32,000 nt of DNA from Prochlorococcus marinus subsp. pastoris str. CCMP1986 (GTDB lineage: Bacteria > Cyanobacteriota > Cyanobacteriia > PCC-6307 > Cyanobiaceae). The translations under genes and the position numbers were made by a program. Position 1 is the stretch's first letter, and each line of letters begins with the position of its first letter. Positions 19,330 to 28,826 of the stretch are shown here, piece by piece. Location: NCBI RefSeq assembly GCF_000011465.1, contig NC_005072.1:480001-512000 (forward strand). The letters are read 5' to 3'. A model generated the notes under the pieces. The model ran no database searches. It saw nothing but the letters and a program-made list of their open reading frames with translations, and was not told the DNA's origin.

Positions 19330-19349
19330 TTTTGTATAAATATACAAAA
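19330..19349 (+). terminator. AT-rich palindrome just after the ilvB stop (weak terminator-like hairpin or protein site)
   Basis: TTTTGTATA-aa-TATACAAAA is a perfect 9-bp inverted repeat beginning 2 nt after the ilvB TGA. It has only one G-C pair per arm and no clean U-tract, and is compatible with chance. Confidence 0.2.
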
Positions 19350-19385
19350 TTAAAATTATTAACTAAATTAATATAGATACTTAAA

Positions 19386-19739
19386 TTGAAAAAAATAACT
19401 TCTATCTTAATTATTTTCTTTCTGATTGTTTTGTATCCAATTAGAACTTATTCTGCTGAAATTCTTCAGATAAATAACTCAAGTAGTATTTTAGTAGGAG
19501 ATCAAAATAGAGATCTTCCAATCAAATTATTTTGTGTAGAAATTAACAATGAAGATGATGAAAAAATTGCTTTAAACCTACTTAAGAAAGAATTTCCGAG
19601 AGGAAGTAAAGTTAAAATAAAACCTATTGGTTTCAAAGAAAATATATTAACAGCTAGGGTTTTTAATATTAATGAAACTAAAGAAATGTCAGATTTATTA
19701 ATTTCAAAAAATTTATCAAAGGAGACCTGTCAAAATTAA
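19386..19739 (+). CDS. small secreted/periplasmic hypothetical protein
   Basis: 117 aa with a TTG start and a clear signal peptide (KKITSILIIFFLIVLYPIRTYSA|E). The mature part loosely resembles an OB/SNase-like fold pattern, but I cannot support a family call. Confidence 0.5.
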   Translation: MKKITSILIIFFLIVLYPIRTYSAEILQINNSSSILVGDQNRDLPIKLFCVEINNEDDEKIALNLLKKEFPRGSKVKIKPIGFKENILTARVFNINETKEMSDLLISKNLSKETCQN

Positions 19740-19745
19740 AATTTG

Positions 19746-20528
19746 CTAAGAACTTATAAAATTCCATTGCCGTAAAAATGTTTTAGTTCTTCTCCAAGAA
19801 TGAAAGTTATGATTTGATTCATATGTACATAAGTTAGAGATATCAATATTTGTATTGGATATATTTTCTTTTAAAAGTTCAATATGAGCATACTTTTTAA
19901 GATTTAAAGGAATTAAATCGTTTTTTTGTAAATTTACTGACTCTTTTGATTTTAGTGATATCTCCATAGAATCTGAAAATGAAATTGATTCTTTAGACGC
20001 AGCTTTTTTATGAAAATTTTGAAGAGTTTTATTATCTATTAGATAATTTTTTTTTGATATTGATGGACCTATTGCGACAAGCATATCTTCTTTTGAACAT
20101 CCTTTATCATAAAAGATTTTGATGAGTTTTTTTATTATTTTGTTTTCTAACCCCTTTCTTCCGCAATGTATTGCAGCAACAAGTCTTTTCTTCTTGTCAG
20201 CAAATAAAATAGGCATACAATCTGCGGTGTATATCCATAAATTTTGATTTTGTTTATCAGAAACTATTCCATCAGCCTCTACTCTTTCCTTCTCAAGAGT
20301 CTTTGATCCAACAACTATTTGATTGCTGTGTATTTGATTTAAAACGCAATTCTTATTGTTTAACTTAAGACGATTTGATAAAAGTGAAAGATTGATTTCA
20401 GAACTCGTTTTGGTAAAAAAACCATGTTTAAAGTTATTTTCAAGAAGAGTAGGAGATAAATAATATATTAATTTTTTGTCTTTTATCGCAAACTCATTTT
20501 CTTGAAAATATTTTTGGCTAAAAGACAT
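19746..20528 (-). CDS. DUF152 / YfiH (PgeF, LACC1-like) family protein
   Basis: QIHSNQIV, EADGIV, YTADCMPILF and AAIHCGRKG match the conserved His-Cys-His core of the YfiH/laccase-domain family. Confidence 0.8.
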   Translation of the reverse strand: MSFSQKYFQENEFAIKDKKLIYYLSPTLLENNFKHGFFTKTSSEINLSLLSNRLKLNNKNCVLNQIHSNQIVVGSKTLEKERVEADGIVSDKQNQNLWIYTADCMPILFADKKKRLVAAIHCGRKGLENKIIKKLIKIFYDKGCSKEDMLVAIGPSISKKNYLIDNKTLQNFHKKAASKESISFSDSMEISLKSKESVNLQKNDLIPLNLKKYAHIELLKENISNTNIDISNLCTYESNHNFHSWRRTKTFLRQWNFISS

Positions 20529-20538
20529 GATATTAGCC

Positions 20539-21444
20539 TTATGAAATTAGTTCAACATCTTTTAAAATCCAAAAACCAGCGAATTTTTCAATAAATGGAG
20601 TTGCTTGTATGGATATAAACTGATAACCATAAGAATCTTTTTTAGATTGAGTGAATTTATCATTTAATACCTTAGCATCTTTTTCTTGTAAATCTGTTAC
20701 TAACCATTTATCATCTTCTGAGGCTTCAAGTATAAGTTGGTTCTGTTTTATTAGCAGCTTGACAGGCTCTAAACTACTAAACCAAGCAGCAAGAGCAAGT
20801 GATCTGTCTTTACTAAAAAGTCTAAGGCCAGGTACTAAGTTGTCATTTTTTATTGAACTCTGGATTGGGAAAATATCTCCAAATTCAATAGGCCAATTTT
20901 TAGCTAATTTTAATTCCTCTATAGATATTTCCGAGATTGTTAATGCATCACCTCTCACAGCCTCAGGCAAAGGTTTAGGATCATTAAGAATATTAGATGT
21001 AAAGGTTGGAGCTAATACTCCTCTTACATATCCTTGCTCTAAAGGATATATCTCTCGTTCGAGAAATTCTATCCTGTCAAATAATTCATAAGTCCTTCTG
21101 CTAACAAGAGCCTCAATTCCTATATTTTCAATAGATTTTTTAATTATTGATTTCATTGATGCTCTCCAAAATCTTATTTTTAATGGCTTTGCCCAACCTT
21201 CTATTTCTGCATCATTTAGAGCTTCATTTAAAGCTTTTGTAAGCCATATTGAATTAACTTCGTTTGCTGGACATACTTTATTCCACAAAAATATTTTCTC
21301 TGTTTTAAAGCTTTTTGAAGATGAAATAATTAATTCCCATCTTTTTTTACCATTTGTTTCGATAATTGGCCTCGAATAAAAGTCCAACTCCCAATCTGAT
21401 ATTTTAAGTTCTTTATCCGAAATTATTTTTTCATTGATGGTCAT
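20539..21444 (-). CDS. Tab2/ATAB2-family RNA-binding protein (DUF1092)
   Basis: The N-terminal WELDFYSRPI motif, a length near 300 aa and the overall pattern match cyanobacterial homologues of Chlamydomonas Tab2. The start overlaps the upstream S1-gene stop (ATGA at 21441-21444). Confidence 0.75.
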   Translation of the reverse strand: MTINEKIISDKELKISDWELDFYSRPIIETNGKKRWELIISSSKSFKTEKIFLWNKVCPANEVNSIWLTKALNEALNDAEIEGWAKPLKIRFWRASMKSIIKKSIENIGIEALVSRRTYELFDRIEFLEREIYPLEQGYVRGVLAPTFTSNILNDPKPLPEAVRGDALTISEISIEELKLAKNWPIEFGDIFPIQSSIKNDNLVPGLRLFSKDRSLALAAWFSSLEPVKLLIKQNQLILEASEDDKWLVTDLQEKDAKVLNDKFTQSKKDSYGYQFISIQATPFIEKFAGFWILKDVELIS

Positions 21445-22658
21445 TTTTCTAAATCTTTTTTATCAAAAAGTGACTTAGTTTTTAGAGACCTTTCAGAGGC
21501 TTCAATCATAACTTTTTCTTTATCAATGATTAATTCTCCAGGTGTGTTTTCTAATAAGGCTGTATTTAAACCAATTCTTCCTCTTTCCAAGTCAATTTCT
21601 GTTATTAGTGCCTTTATAACCTCACCCTCCCTGAAAATCTCTCTTAAATTTCGGATGGATCCATTTGTTATCGAGGATTGATGAAGAAGCCCGCTTGCTC
21701 CTCCTAAATCAACAAAGAAGCCATATGGTTTTATTGCTAAAACTTCACCCTCAATTAATTGTCCAAATTTTAGATCTGCAAATTTAGAAACTAATAATGC
21801 TTTTTTTTCTGATAAAACAAGTTTCCGTGTCTCTGGATTTACTTCTAAAAATGCAACTTTTAAATTTTTACTAACTAAAGATTGATAATCTTGACCATTT
21901 TCAAGTTGTGAACGTGGAATAAATCCTCTTAATCCATCAACATCGCAAGTAAGTCCTCCTCTATTAAAACCATTGATTGTAACTTGTATTAATTCTCCAT
22001 TTTTCGCAGAACTTGCAACTTTTTCCCAACTTTGCCTAAGAATTAATGCTCGTGCACTTACTGTGACCATACCATCAGCATTCTGTTCTTTTATTACTAA
22101 AACTTCCATTTCTAAATCAATGGTAAATTTTTCTTTGAAATTTGTAATTACTCCTAATCCACATTCTTTTTTTGGCATGAAACCAGGTGCTTTACCACCA
22201 ATGTCTATATACAAACCATCACTTTCTAATGCTATTACTTTCCCCTTAATTGTCTCTCCTGTTGCACCTATCGGCTCATTCTCGTTTAAGGCTTCTAAAA
22301 AGGCACTTTCGTCAAAATCAAATTCATCAACTTTTCTTTCTATGATGAAATCTTCATCTTCATCTTGAAAAGTTAAAGGTTTTTCTAACTCCTTATAACT
22401 TATATTTTCAAAGTTGATATTATTGGAATAACTTTCTTTTACTTCATCTATTGGGGCTTCAATAAATTTAGGCTTTACAGCACTTATGTCAGTTTTGACT
22501 TCTTTTGAAGAATTTTGATGACCATCAAAAACTTCTTCCTTATTACTAATAGTATCCTTTTTGCTTATGTGAAGGACCTGAAGCGGCTTCTTAAGATTGT
22601 TTTTGTCGCCCTTAATTTTCTTATTATTTTGGGCATCTTTATCACTAACTCCCTTCAT
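21441..22658 (-). CDS. rps1b: S1 RNA-binding-domain protein (ribosomal protein S1 homologue B type)
   Basis: Three S1 repeats are present: GETIKGKVIALESDGLYIDIGGKAPGFMP, GELIQVTINGFNRGGLTCDVDGLRGFIP and GQLIEGEVLAIKPYGFFVDLGGASGLLH. About 130 aa of charged low-complexity N-terminus precedes them. Confidence 0.8.
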   Translation of the reverse strand: MKGVSDKDAQNNKKIKGDKNNLKKPLQVLHISKKDTISNKEEVFDGHQNSSKEVKTDISAVKPKFIEAPIDEVKESYSNNINFENISYKELEKPLTFQDEDEDFIIERKVDEFDFDESAFLEALNENEPIGATGETIKGKVIALESDGLYIDIGGKAPGFMPKKECGLGVITNFKEKFTIDLEMEVLVIKEQNADGMVTVSARALILRQSWEKVASSAKNGELIQVTINGFNRGGLTCDVDGLRGFIPRSQLENGQDYQSLVSKNLKVAFLEVNPETRKLVLSEKKALLVSKFADLKFGQLIEGEVLAIKPYGFFVDLGGASGLLHQSSITNGSIRNLREIFREGEVIKALITEIDLERGRIGLNTALLENTPGELIIDKEKVMIEASERSLKTKSLFDKKDLEK

Positions 22659-22721
22659 AGGTAAAATAAGAGTAATTTAATATTAACTTATTCTAAATGT
22701 TAGTACTCACAATTAAAAATA

Positions 22722-23519
22722 ATGAACTTTAAATCAATACCTAGCGAATTTGAGTATTTATCTTGGCCTGAAGTAAAAAATATTTCAAAAGATATAAGAT
22801 CAACAATTATCTGGCCATTTGGAGCGGTAGAACAACATGGTCCTCATTTACCTTTGGGTACAGATAGTATTTTTGTTGATGAGATAATTTGCGAAGTTTT
22901 TAAATTAATTCCGTCTGACACACCTATAAAAAAACTTCCAACTCAATATATAGGTTTTTCTCCAGAACATAAGGGATTTGATGGAACTATATCTCTTTCT
23001 TCAAATTTAATAACTTTATTAATAAAAGAAGTTGGAATCCAATTAGCGGATATGGGGTTTAAAAGATTGATATTAATAAATGCGCACGGAGGTCAAATCT
23101 CTTTACTTAACACCGCTGCAAGAGAATTAAGAAGTGTTGCTCCTAAACTTTCAATCTTCCCTTGCTTTTTATGGAAAGGAGTTGATGGATTAAGTGAACT
23201 GTTAACAAAAGATGAAATTGAGAATGGATTACATGCATCCTTAGCCGAAACAAGTTTAATGATGGCCTTAAAATCTAAACTTGTGGGAGATGAAAGACCT
23301 TGTGAAGGTATTAAAATGCAAATCCCAAAGGGTTGGAGTTTGGAGGGAAATGCTCCAACTGCTTGGTTTACAGAAGATTTAAGTAAATCTGGAGTAATAG
23401 GGAATAGTAAAGGGTCAAATAAAGAGCTAGGAAATAGTTTAAAGAGTTTATTAGTCAATCACTGGTTTAAATTAATTATGAATCTTATGAAATCAGACTG
23501 GCCAAATCAATATAAATAA
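22722..23519 (+). CDS. creatininase-family amidohydrolase
   Basis: WPFGAVEQHGPHLPLGTD, LINAHGGQ and HASLAETS are characteristic metal-ligand motifs of the creatininase/ArfB/MftE family. Confidence 0.85.
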   Translation: MNFKSIPSEFEYLSWPEVKNISKDIRSTIIWPFGAVEQHGPHLPLGTDSIFVDEIICEVFKLIPSDTPIKKLPTQYIGFSPEHKGFDGTISLSSNLITLLIKEVGIQLADMGFKRLILINAHGGQISLLNTAARELRSVAPKLSIFPCFLWKGVDGLSELLTKDEIENGLHASLAETSLMMALKSKLVGDERPCEGIKMQIPKGWSLEGNAPTAWFTEDLSKSGVIGNSKGSNKELGNSLKSLLVNHWFKLIMNLMKSDWPNQYK

Positions 23520-23585
23520 TCATTATTAATTCAATAATATCGTTTAACAATTGAAACTATTTTCATCATATTTAAATAAACTCAC

Positions 23586-23591
23586 TATAAT
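23586..23591 (+). promoter_or_regulatory. candidate -10 hexamer (TATAAT) for ado
   Basis: Perfect TATAAT lies 40 nt upstream of the ado ATG (23631). No clear -35 is present. Chance occurrence is plausible. Confidence 0.3.
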
Positions 23592-23630
23592 TGTGTAAAA
23601 CTTAGGCATAATGAGCTAAAGATTACTGAC

Positions 23631-24347
23631 ATGCAAACACTCGAATCTAATAAAAAAACTAATCTAGAAAATTCTATTGATTTACCCGATTTTACTACTG
23701 ATTCTTACAAAGACGCTTATAGCAGGATAAATGCAATAGTTATTGAAGGTGAACAAGAGGCTCATGATAATTACATTTCCTTAGCAACATTAATTCCTAA
23801 CGAATTAGAAGAGTTAACTAAATTAGCGAAAATGGAGCTTAAGCACAAAAGAGGCTTTACTGCATGTGGAAGAAATCTAGGTGTTCAAGCTGACATGATT
23901 TTTGCTAAAGAATTCTTTTCCAAATTACATGGTAATTTTCAGGTTGCGTTATCTAATGGCAAGACAACTACATGCCTATTAATACAGGCAATTTTAATTG
24001 AAGCTTTTGCTATATCCGCGTATCACGTTTACATAAGAGTTGCTGATCCTTTCGCGAAAAAAATTACCCAAGGTGTTGTTAAAGATGAATATCTTCATTT
24101 AAATTATGGACAAGAATGGCTAAAAGAAAATTTAGCGACTTGTAAAGATGAGCTAATGGAAGCAAATAAGGTTAACCTTCCATTAATCAAGAAGATGTTA
24201 GATCAAGTCTCGGAAGATGCTTCAGTACTAGCTATGGATAGGGAAGAATTAATGGAAGAATTCATGATTGCCTATCAGGACACTCTCCTTGAAATAGGTT
24301 TAGATAATAGAGAAATTGCAAGAATGGCAATGGCTGCTATAGTTTAA
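23631..24347 (+). CDS. ado: aldehyde-deformylating oxygenase (alkane biosynthesis)
   Basis: Ferritin-like di-iron ligands sit in EGEQEAHDNY, MELKHKRGF, IEAFAISAYHVY and KDEYLHLNYG. The length of 238 aa fits. The gene lies immediately upstream of acyl-ACP reductase. Confidence 0.95.
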   Translation: MQTLESNKKTNLENSIDLPDFTTDSYKDAYSRINAIVIEGEQEAHDNYISLATLIPNELEELTKLAKMELKHKRGFTACGRNLGVQADMIFAKEFFSKLHGNFQVALSNGKTTTCLLIQAILIEAFAISAYHVYIRVADPFAKKITQGVVKDEYLHLNYGQEWLKENLATCKDELMEANKVNLPLIKKMLDQVSEDASVLAMDREELMEEFMIAYQDTLLEIGLDNREIARMAMAAIV

Positions 24348-24456
24348 TTTTTTTATAAATTTAATTAGTCTATTCAAAAATAATTTTTATCTATTTAGTT
24401 AATAGCTCTATGCTATTGTTCATATCAATATAAAGATTCCATTAATAAGTTATTCA

Positions 24457-25497
24457 ATGTTTGGGCTTATAGGTCATTCAACTAGTTTTGAAGATGCAAA
24501 AAGAAAGGCTTCATTATTGGGCTTTGATCATATTGCGGATGGTGATTTAGATGTTTGGTGCACAGCTCCACCTCAACTAGTTGAAAATGTAGAGGTTAAA
24601 AGTGCTATAGGTATATCAATTGAAGGTTCTTATATTGATTCATGTTTCGTTCCTGAAATGCTTTCAAGATTTAAAACGGCAAGAAGAAAAGTATTAAATG
24701 CAATGGAATTAGCTCAAAAAAAAGGTATTAATATTACCGCTTTGGGGGGGTTCACTTCTATCATCTTTGAAAATTTTAATCTCCTTCAACATAAGCAGAT
24801 TAGAAACACTTCACTAGAGTGGGAAAGGTTTACAACTGGTAATACTCATACTGCGTGGGTTATTTGCAGGCAATTAGAGATGAATGCTCCTAAAATAGGT
24901 ATTGATCTTAAAAGCGCAACAGTTGCTGTAGTTGGTGCTACTGGAGATATAGGCAGTGCTGTTTGTCGATGGTTAATCAATAAAACAGGTATTGGGGAAC
25001 TTCTTTTGGTAGCTAGGCAAAAGGAACCCTTGGATTCTTTGCAAAAGGAATTAGATGGTGGAACTATCAAAAATCTAGATGAAGCATTGCCTGAAGCAGA
25101 TATTGTTGTATGGGTAGCAAGTATGCCAAAGACAATGGAAATCGATGCTAATAATCTTAAACAACCATGTTTAATGATTGATGGAGGTTATCCAAAGAAT
25201 CTAGATGAAAAATTTCAAGGAAATAATATACATGTTGTAAAAGGAGGTATAGTAAGATTCTTCAATGATATAGGTTGGAATATGATGGAACTAGCTGAAA
25301 TGCAAAATCCCCAGAGAGAAATGTTTGCATGCTTTGCAGAAGCAATGATTTTAGAATTTGAAAAATGTCATACAAACTTTAGCTGGGGAAGAAATAATAT
25401 ATCTCTCGAGAAAATGGAGTTTATTGGAGCTGCTTCTGTAAAGCATGGCTTCTCTGCAATTGGCCTAGATAAGCATCCAAAAGTACTAGCAGTTTGA
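24457..25497 (+). CDS. aar: acyl-ACP reductase (fatty aldehyde-forming)
   Basis: [14 protein letters not shown], the Rossmann motif [12 protein letters not shown], and the active-site Cys context [10 protein letters not shown]. It is paired with ado. Confidence 0.95.
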   Translation: MFGLIGHSTSFEDAKRKASLLGFDHIADGDLDVWCTAPPQLVENVEVKSAIGISIEGSYIDSCFVPEMLSRFKTARRKVLNAMELAQKKGINITALGGFTSIIFENFNLLQHKQIRNTSLEWERFTTGNTHTAWVICRQLEMNAPKIGIDLKSATVAVVGATGDIGSAVCRWLINKTGIGELLLVARQKEPLDSLQKELDGGTIKNLDEALPEADIVVWVASMPKTMEIDANNLKQPCLMIDGGYPKNLDEKFQGNNIHVVKGGIVRFFNDIGWNMMELAEMQNPQREMFACFAEAMILEFEKCHTNFSWGRNNISLEKMEFIGAASVKHGFSAIGLDKHPKVLAV

Positions 25498-25500
25498 ATT

Positions 25501-26508
25501 ATGCCAAGACGTTATCTTCTTGATTTTGAAAAACCTCTTGTAGAGCTTGAAAAGCAAATAGAGCAAATAAGAGAATTAGCAAGAGATTCAGAAGTAGATG
25601 TTAGTCAACAATTACTACAACTAGAAACACTTGCTACAAGAAGAAGAGAGGAAATTTTTAGATCCCTAACACCTGCTCAGAAAATACAAGTAGCTAGACA
25701 TCCACAAAGACCAAGCACTTTGGATTTTATTCAAATGTTTTGTGATGATTGGATTGAGTTACATGGAGACAGAAATGGAGGAGATGATATGGCTTTAATT
25801 GGAGGTTTAGGTTCGGTAAATAATCAACCTGTTCTTTTATTAGGTCATCAGAAAGGAAGAGATACTAAGGAAAATGTAGTTAGAAACTTTGGAATGGCAA
25901 AACCTGGAGGTTATAGAAAAGCTTTAAGGTTAATGCAGCATGCTGATAGATTTTCATTGCCTATTCTTACTTTTATTGATACTCCTGGGGCATATGCTGG
26001 TCTCTCTGCAGAAGAACAAGGTCAAGGAGAAGCTATAGCTAGAAACCTAAGAGAAATGTTCGGTTTTAAAGTCCCAATAATTGCTACTATTATCGGCGAA
26101 GGCGGGTCTGGTGGAGCTCTTGGAATTGGGGTAGCTGATAGGCTATTGATGTTTGAACATAGTGTTTATACTGTTGCTAGTCCAGAAGCATGTGCCTCAA
26201 TTCTTTGGAGAGATGCTGCAAAAGCTTCTGAAGCTGCAACTGCGTTAAAAATAACTGGAAAAGATCTTCTTGAGTTAGGTGTAATAGATGAAGTTTTATC
26301 AGAACCAGCAGGTGGTAATAACTGGGCTCCTATAGAGGCTGGGAATACTCTAAAAGGTGCTATTGAGAAGCACCTTAATGAATTATTGGAATTGAAGAAA
26401 GAGGAACTTTTAGAACAAAGATATTCAAAATTCAGGGTTCTGGGAAAATTTGTTGAATCAAATAATTTTGAAGAAATTCAGGAACAATTACCTCAAATAA
26501 CAGAATAA
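25501..26508 (+). CDS. accA: acetyl-CoA carboxylase carboxyltransferase alpha subunit
   Basis: [39 protein letters not shown] and [10 protein letters not shown]. The start is 3 nt after the aar stop. Confidence 0.95.
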   Translation: MPRRYLLDFEKPLVELEKQIEQIRELARDSEVDVSQQLLQLETLATRRREEIFRSLTPAQKIQVARHPQRPSTLDFIQMFCDDWIELHGDRNGGDDMALIGGLGSVNNQPVLLLGHQKGRDTKENVVRNFGMAKPGGYRKALRLMQHADRFSLPILTFIDTPGAYAGLSAEEQGQGEAIARNLREMFGFKVPIIATIIGEGGSGGALGIGVADRLLMFEHSVYTVASPEACASILWRDAAKASEAATALKITGKDLLELGVIDEVLSEPAGGNNWAPIEAGNTLKGAIEKHLNELLELKKEELLEQRYSKFRVLGKFVESNNFEEIQEQLPQITE

Positions 26509-26509
26509 A

Positions 26510-27217
26510 TTGAAATTAGCATACATTACAGGAGCCACTAAAGGTATTGGTAGAGCTACAGCAGTAACTTTCGCAAATGCTGGTTGGGATTTAATTTTAC
26601 TCGCAAGAGATTTAGAGATGTTGGAAATACTAAGAGATGAACTATCAGATACAGGGTCAACAATAAATCTTGTAAAGTGCAATTTATCTAATGCAAATGA
26701 AATAAATAATTCAATTAACGAATCAATAAAAAAATATGGGTGCCCTTCCGTTTTAATAAATAATGCTGGATGTGCTTTCAATGGAAATTTAGTTGAAATG
26801 TCTTTGACAAAATGGCAAGAAATAATTCAAATTAATCTCACAAGTATATTTCAAATATGTAGTTTAATTGTCCCCAAAATGAGAAAAAATGGAGGCTTGA
26901 TTATTAATGTCAGCAGTCATGCTTCTTATAATGCTTTCCCTCAGTGGGGTGCTTATTGCGTATCAAAATCTGCTTTAGCGATGTTTACAAAGTGTCTTAG
27001 AGAAGAAGAGAGATCTAACTCGATAAGAGCATGCACAATTACTTTAGGTTCAGTTAATACCCCTCTTTGGGAGACGGAATCAATAAAATCAGATTTCGAT
27101 AGATCATCTATGCTTTCTTCTACAAACGTCTCAAATACAATTTTATATATTGCTGAACAACCAGAATCACAATTAATTGAAGACTTAACTCTTATGCCTG
27201 CAGGAGGTGCTTTTTGA
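26510..27217 (+). CDS. classical short-chain dehydrogenase/reductase, substrate unknown
   Basis: ITGATKGIGRATA (TGxxxGxG), NNAG, the catalytic Ser in VSSHAS, and YCVSK (YxxxK). A TTG start 1 nt after the accA stop is required because the cofactor motif begins at residue 7. Confidence 0.85.
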   Translation: MKLAYITGATKGIGRATAVTFANAGWDLILLARDLEMLEILRDELSDTGSTINLVKCNLSNANEINNSINESIKKYGCPSVLINNAGCAFNGNLVEMSLTKWQEIIQINLTSIFQICSLIVPKMRKNGGLIINVSSHASYNAFPQWGAYCVSKSALAMFTKCLREEERSNSIRACTITLGSVNTPLWETESIKSDFDRSSMLSSTNVSNTILYIAEQPESQLIEDLTLMPAGGAF

Positions 27218-27226
27218 CCCTAGTTT

Positions 27227-27260
27227 ATCAAGTCGCAATAACGATAAAGTGATTTTTTTT
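27227..27260 (+). terminator. weak terminator-like imperfect stem-loop followed by a T8 run after the SDR gene
   Basis: ATCA-ag-TCG-caataa-CGA-taaag-TGAT runs into a T8 run at 27253-27260. An outer CCCTA/TAGGG pair lies at 27218-27222 and 27260-27264. The stem is short and interrupted. Confidence 0.25.
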
Positions 27261-27371
27261 AGGGATTGAAGAACCCGATTGAACATAAGAATGTGATATA
27301 GTGTGTAAGCAAATAAGCTCAAGAAAGTTACAGTAAATCAAGTTTGCATACTATTTCCTGTTTAGAATTTT

Positions 27372-28112
27372 ATGACTTCTACATTACCCAACGATAATAT
27401 TAAAAATATTGATGAAAAGATTTCTAATAAATTAATCTCCGAGATAATAAGGGACCGTATCAAAAGCAAAGGTACAAGATTCAGTGCAAATGATAATATC
27501 GCTGACTTTATTAATCCTGGTGAGCTAAAAGTTCTAGAAAAGGAGGTGGCTTCCAGAATTAAAGATTTACTTAAGTCTTTAGTTATTGATGTGGATAATG
27601 ACCACAATACTCAGGAGACAGCAGAAAGAGTTTCAAAAATGTACCTAAACGAAGTTTTTAAAGGTAGATACCATGAACAGCCAAAGGTTACAAGTTTCCC
27701 AAATGATAAAAACCTTGATGAAATTTATACTGTCGGACCAATAACAGTGAGGTCCGCTTGCTCTCATCATTTAGTTCCAATTTTAGGAGAATGTTGGATA
27801 GGAATTAAACCAGGTAGTAAAGTTATAGGTCTTTCTAAATTCGCTAGAGTAGCGGATTGGGTATTCTCTAGACCACATATACAAGAAGAAGCAGTAATGA
27901 TTCTTGCAGATGAAATAGAAAAACTATGTGAACCCAAGGGGCTAGGCATAATAGTCAAAGCTCAACATTACTGTATGAAGTGGAGAGGAGTTAAAGAGCC
28001 GAATACTAGCATGATAAATTCAGTAGTTAGAGGAGATTTTAGACATGATATAAGCCTAAAACAAGAATTTTTTGAGCTAGTAAGACAACAATCTTCTAAT
28101 AATAATTACTAA
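27372..28112 (+). CDS. folE: GTP cyclohydrolase I (FolE type IA, long N-terminus)
   Basis: ETAERVSKMY, the zinc-site motif SACSHHLVPI, GLSKFARV, RPHIQEE and CMKWRGV. Confidence 0.94.
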   Translation: MTSTLPNDNIKNIDEKISNKLISEIIRDRIKSKGTRFSANDNIADFINPGELKVLEKEVASRIKDLLKSLVIDVDNDHNTQETAERVSKMYLNEVFKGRYHEQPKVTSFPNDKNLDEIYTVGPITVRSACSHHLVPILGECWIGIKPGSKVIGLSKFARVADWVFSRPHIQEEAVMILADEIEKLCEPKGLGIIVKAQHYCMKWRGVKEPNTSMINSVVRGDFRHDISLKQEFFELVRQQSSNNNY

Positions 28113-28771
28113 AAATTAGTATTTTTTATTTCTTTAATAATTAAACCAACTTTATGAATATCTTTTATTCCTGGGGAGGTTTCAACACTGCTCGAAATAT
28201 CAATACCATTTGGTTTTATATTTTTTAAAATCTCAACTATCCATTCAGTGGAAACGCCTCCTGCAATCCACCAAGGTTTGCTAAAACTTAAATCTTCTAA
28301 ATATTGTTGTTTTATTCTTTTTCCCGAACCACCATATGTTTCTTTATTCCATGAATCTAAAAGTATTGCATCTATAAAGTTTTCATAAGGTTTAATCTTT
28401 TCAAGATCTTTTTTATTTTTTATTCTAAAAGCTTTCCATAAGCCAACGTCTGGAATCCGTTTTTTTAATTTTTGACAATAATCAATATCCTCATCTCCAT
28501 GGAGTTGAATTATAGTTTCGTTTGGTTCTCCTAAAAAACCTTTAATAATAGAATCAATAGGACTATTTTTTACAACTGAAACTCTCTCAACATTTGGATA
28601 TAAATCTTTTAAAGTTTTGAAGATTATTTTTTTCTTTTCTGGGGAAATATATCTTGGAGATTCATCTACCGAAATGATACCTATTGCATTAGTTCCTAAT
28701 TCGGCTACTTGAACAGCTTGTTCAATGGAAGTTATTCCGCAAATTTTAACTAAAGTTTTGGTCTCAAGCAT
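28109..28771 (-). CDS. trpF: N-(5'-phosphoribosyl)anthranilate isomerase
   Basis: VKICGIT, AIGIISV..SPRYI, IQLHGDE, LLDS and GGSGK..WWIAGG. The stop codon interleaves with the folE stop (4-nt convergent overlap). Confidence 0.9.
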   Translation of the reverse strand: MLETKTLVKICGITSIEQAVQVAELGTNAIGIISVDESPRYISPEKKKIIFKTLKDLYPNVERVSVVKNSPIDSIIKGFLGEPNETIIQLHGDEDIDYCQKLKKRIPDVGLWKAFRIKNKKDLEKIKPYENFIDAILLDSWNKETYGGSGKRIKQQYLEDLSFSKPWWIAGGVSTEWIVEILKNIKPNGIDISSSVETSPGIKDIHKVGLIIKEIKNTNF

Positions 28772-28826
28772 ATCTTTATCTTATAGGTAGAATTAATATT
28801 ATTTGTAAATATAACGGAGATTATTT

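Noticed and set aside
20651-23458. Antisense ORFs of 146 aa (20651-21091), 131 aa (21973-22368) and 121 aa (23093-23458)
   Set aside because: Each lies fully inside, and opposite to, a gene with strong family motifs (Tab2, S1-domain, creatininase). Their compositions are Ser/Leu/Phe-rich with no domains. They are most likely shadow ORFs.
23611-23619. Mini-uORF ATG-AGC-TAA in the ado leader
   Set aside because: It is a two-codon ORF with no supporting features. Such ORFs are expected by chance in AT-rich leaders.
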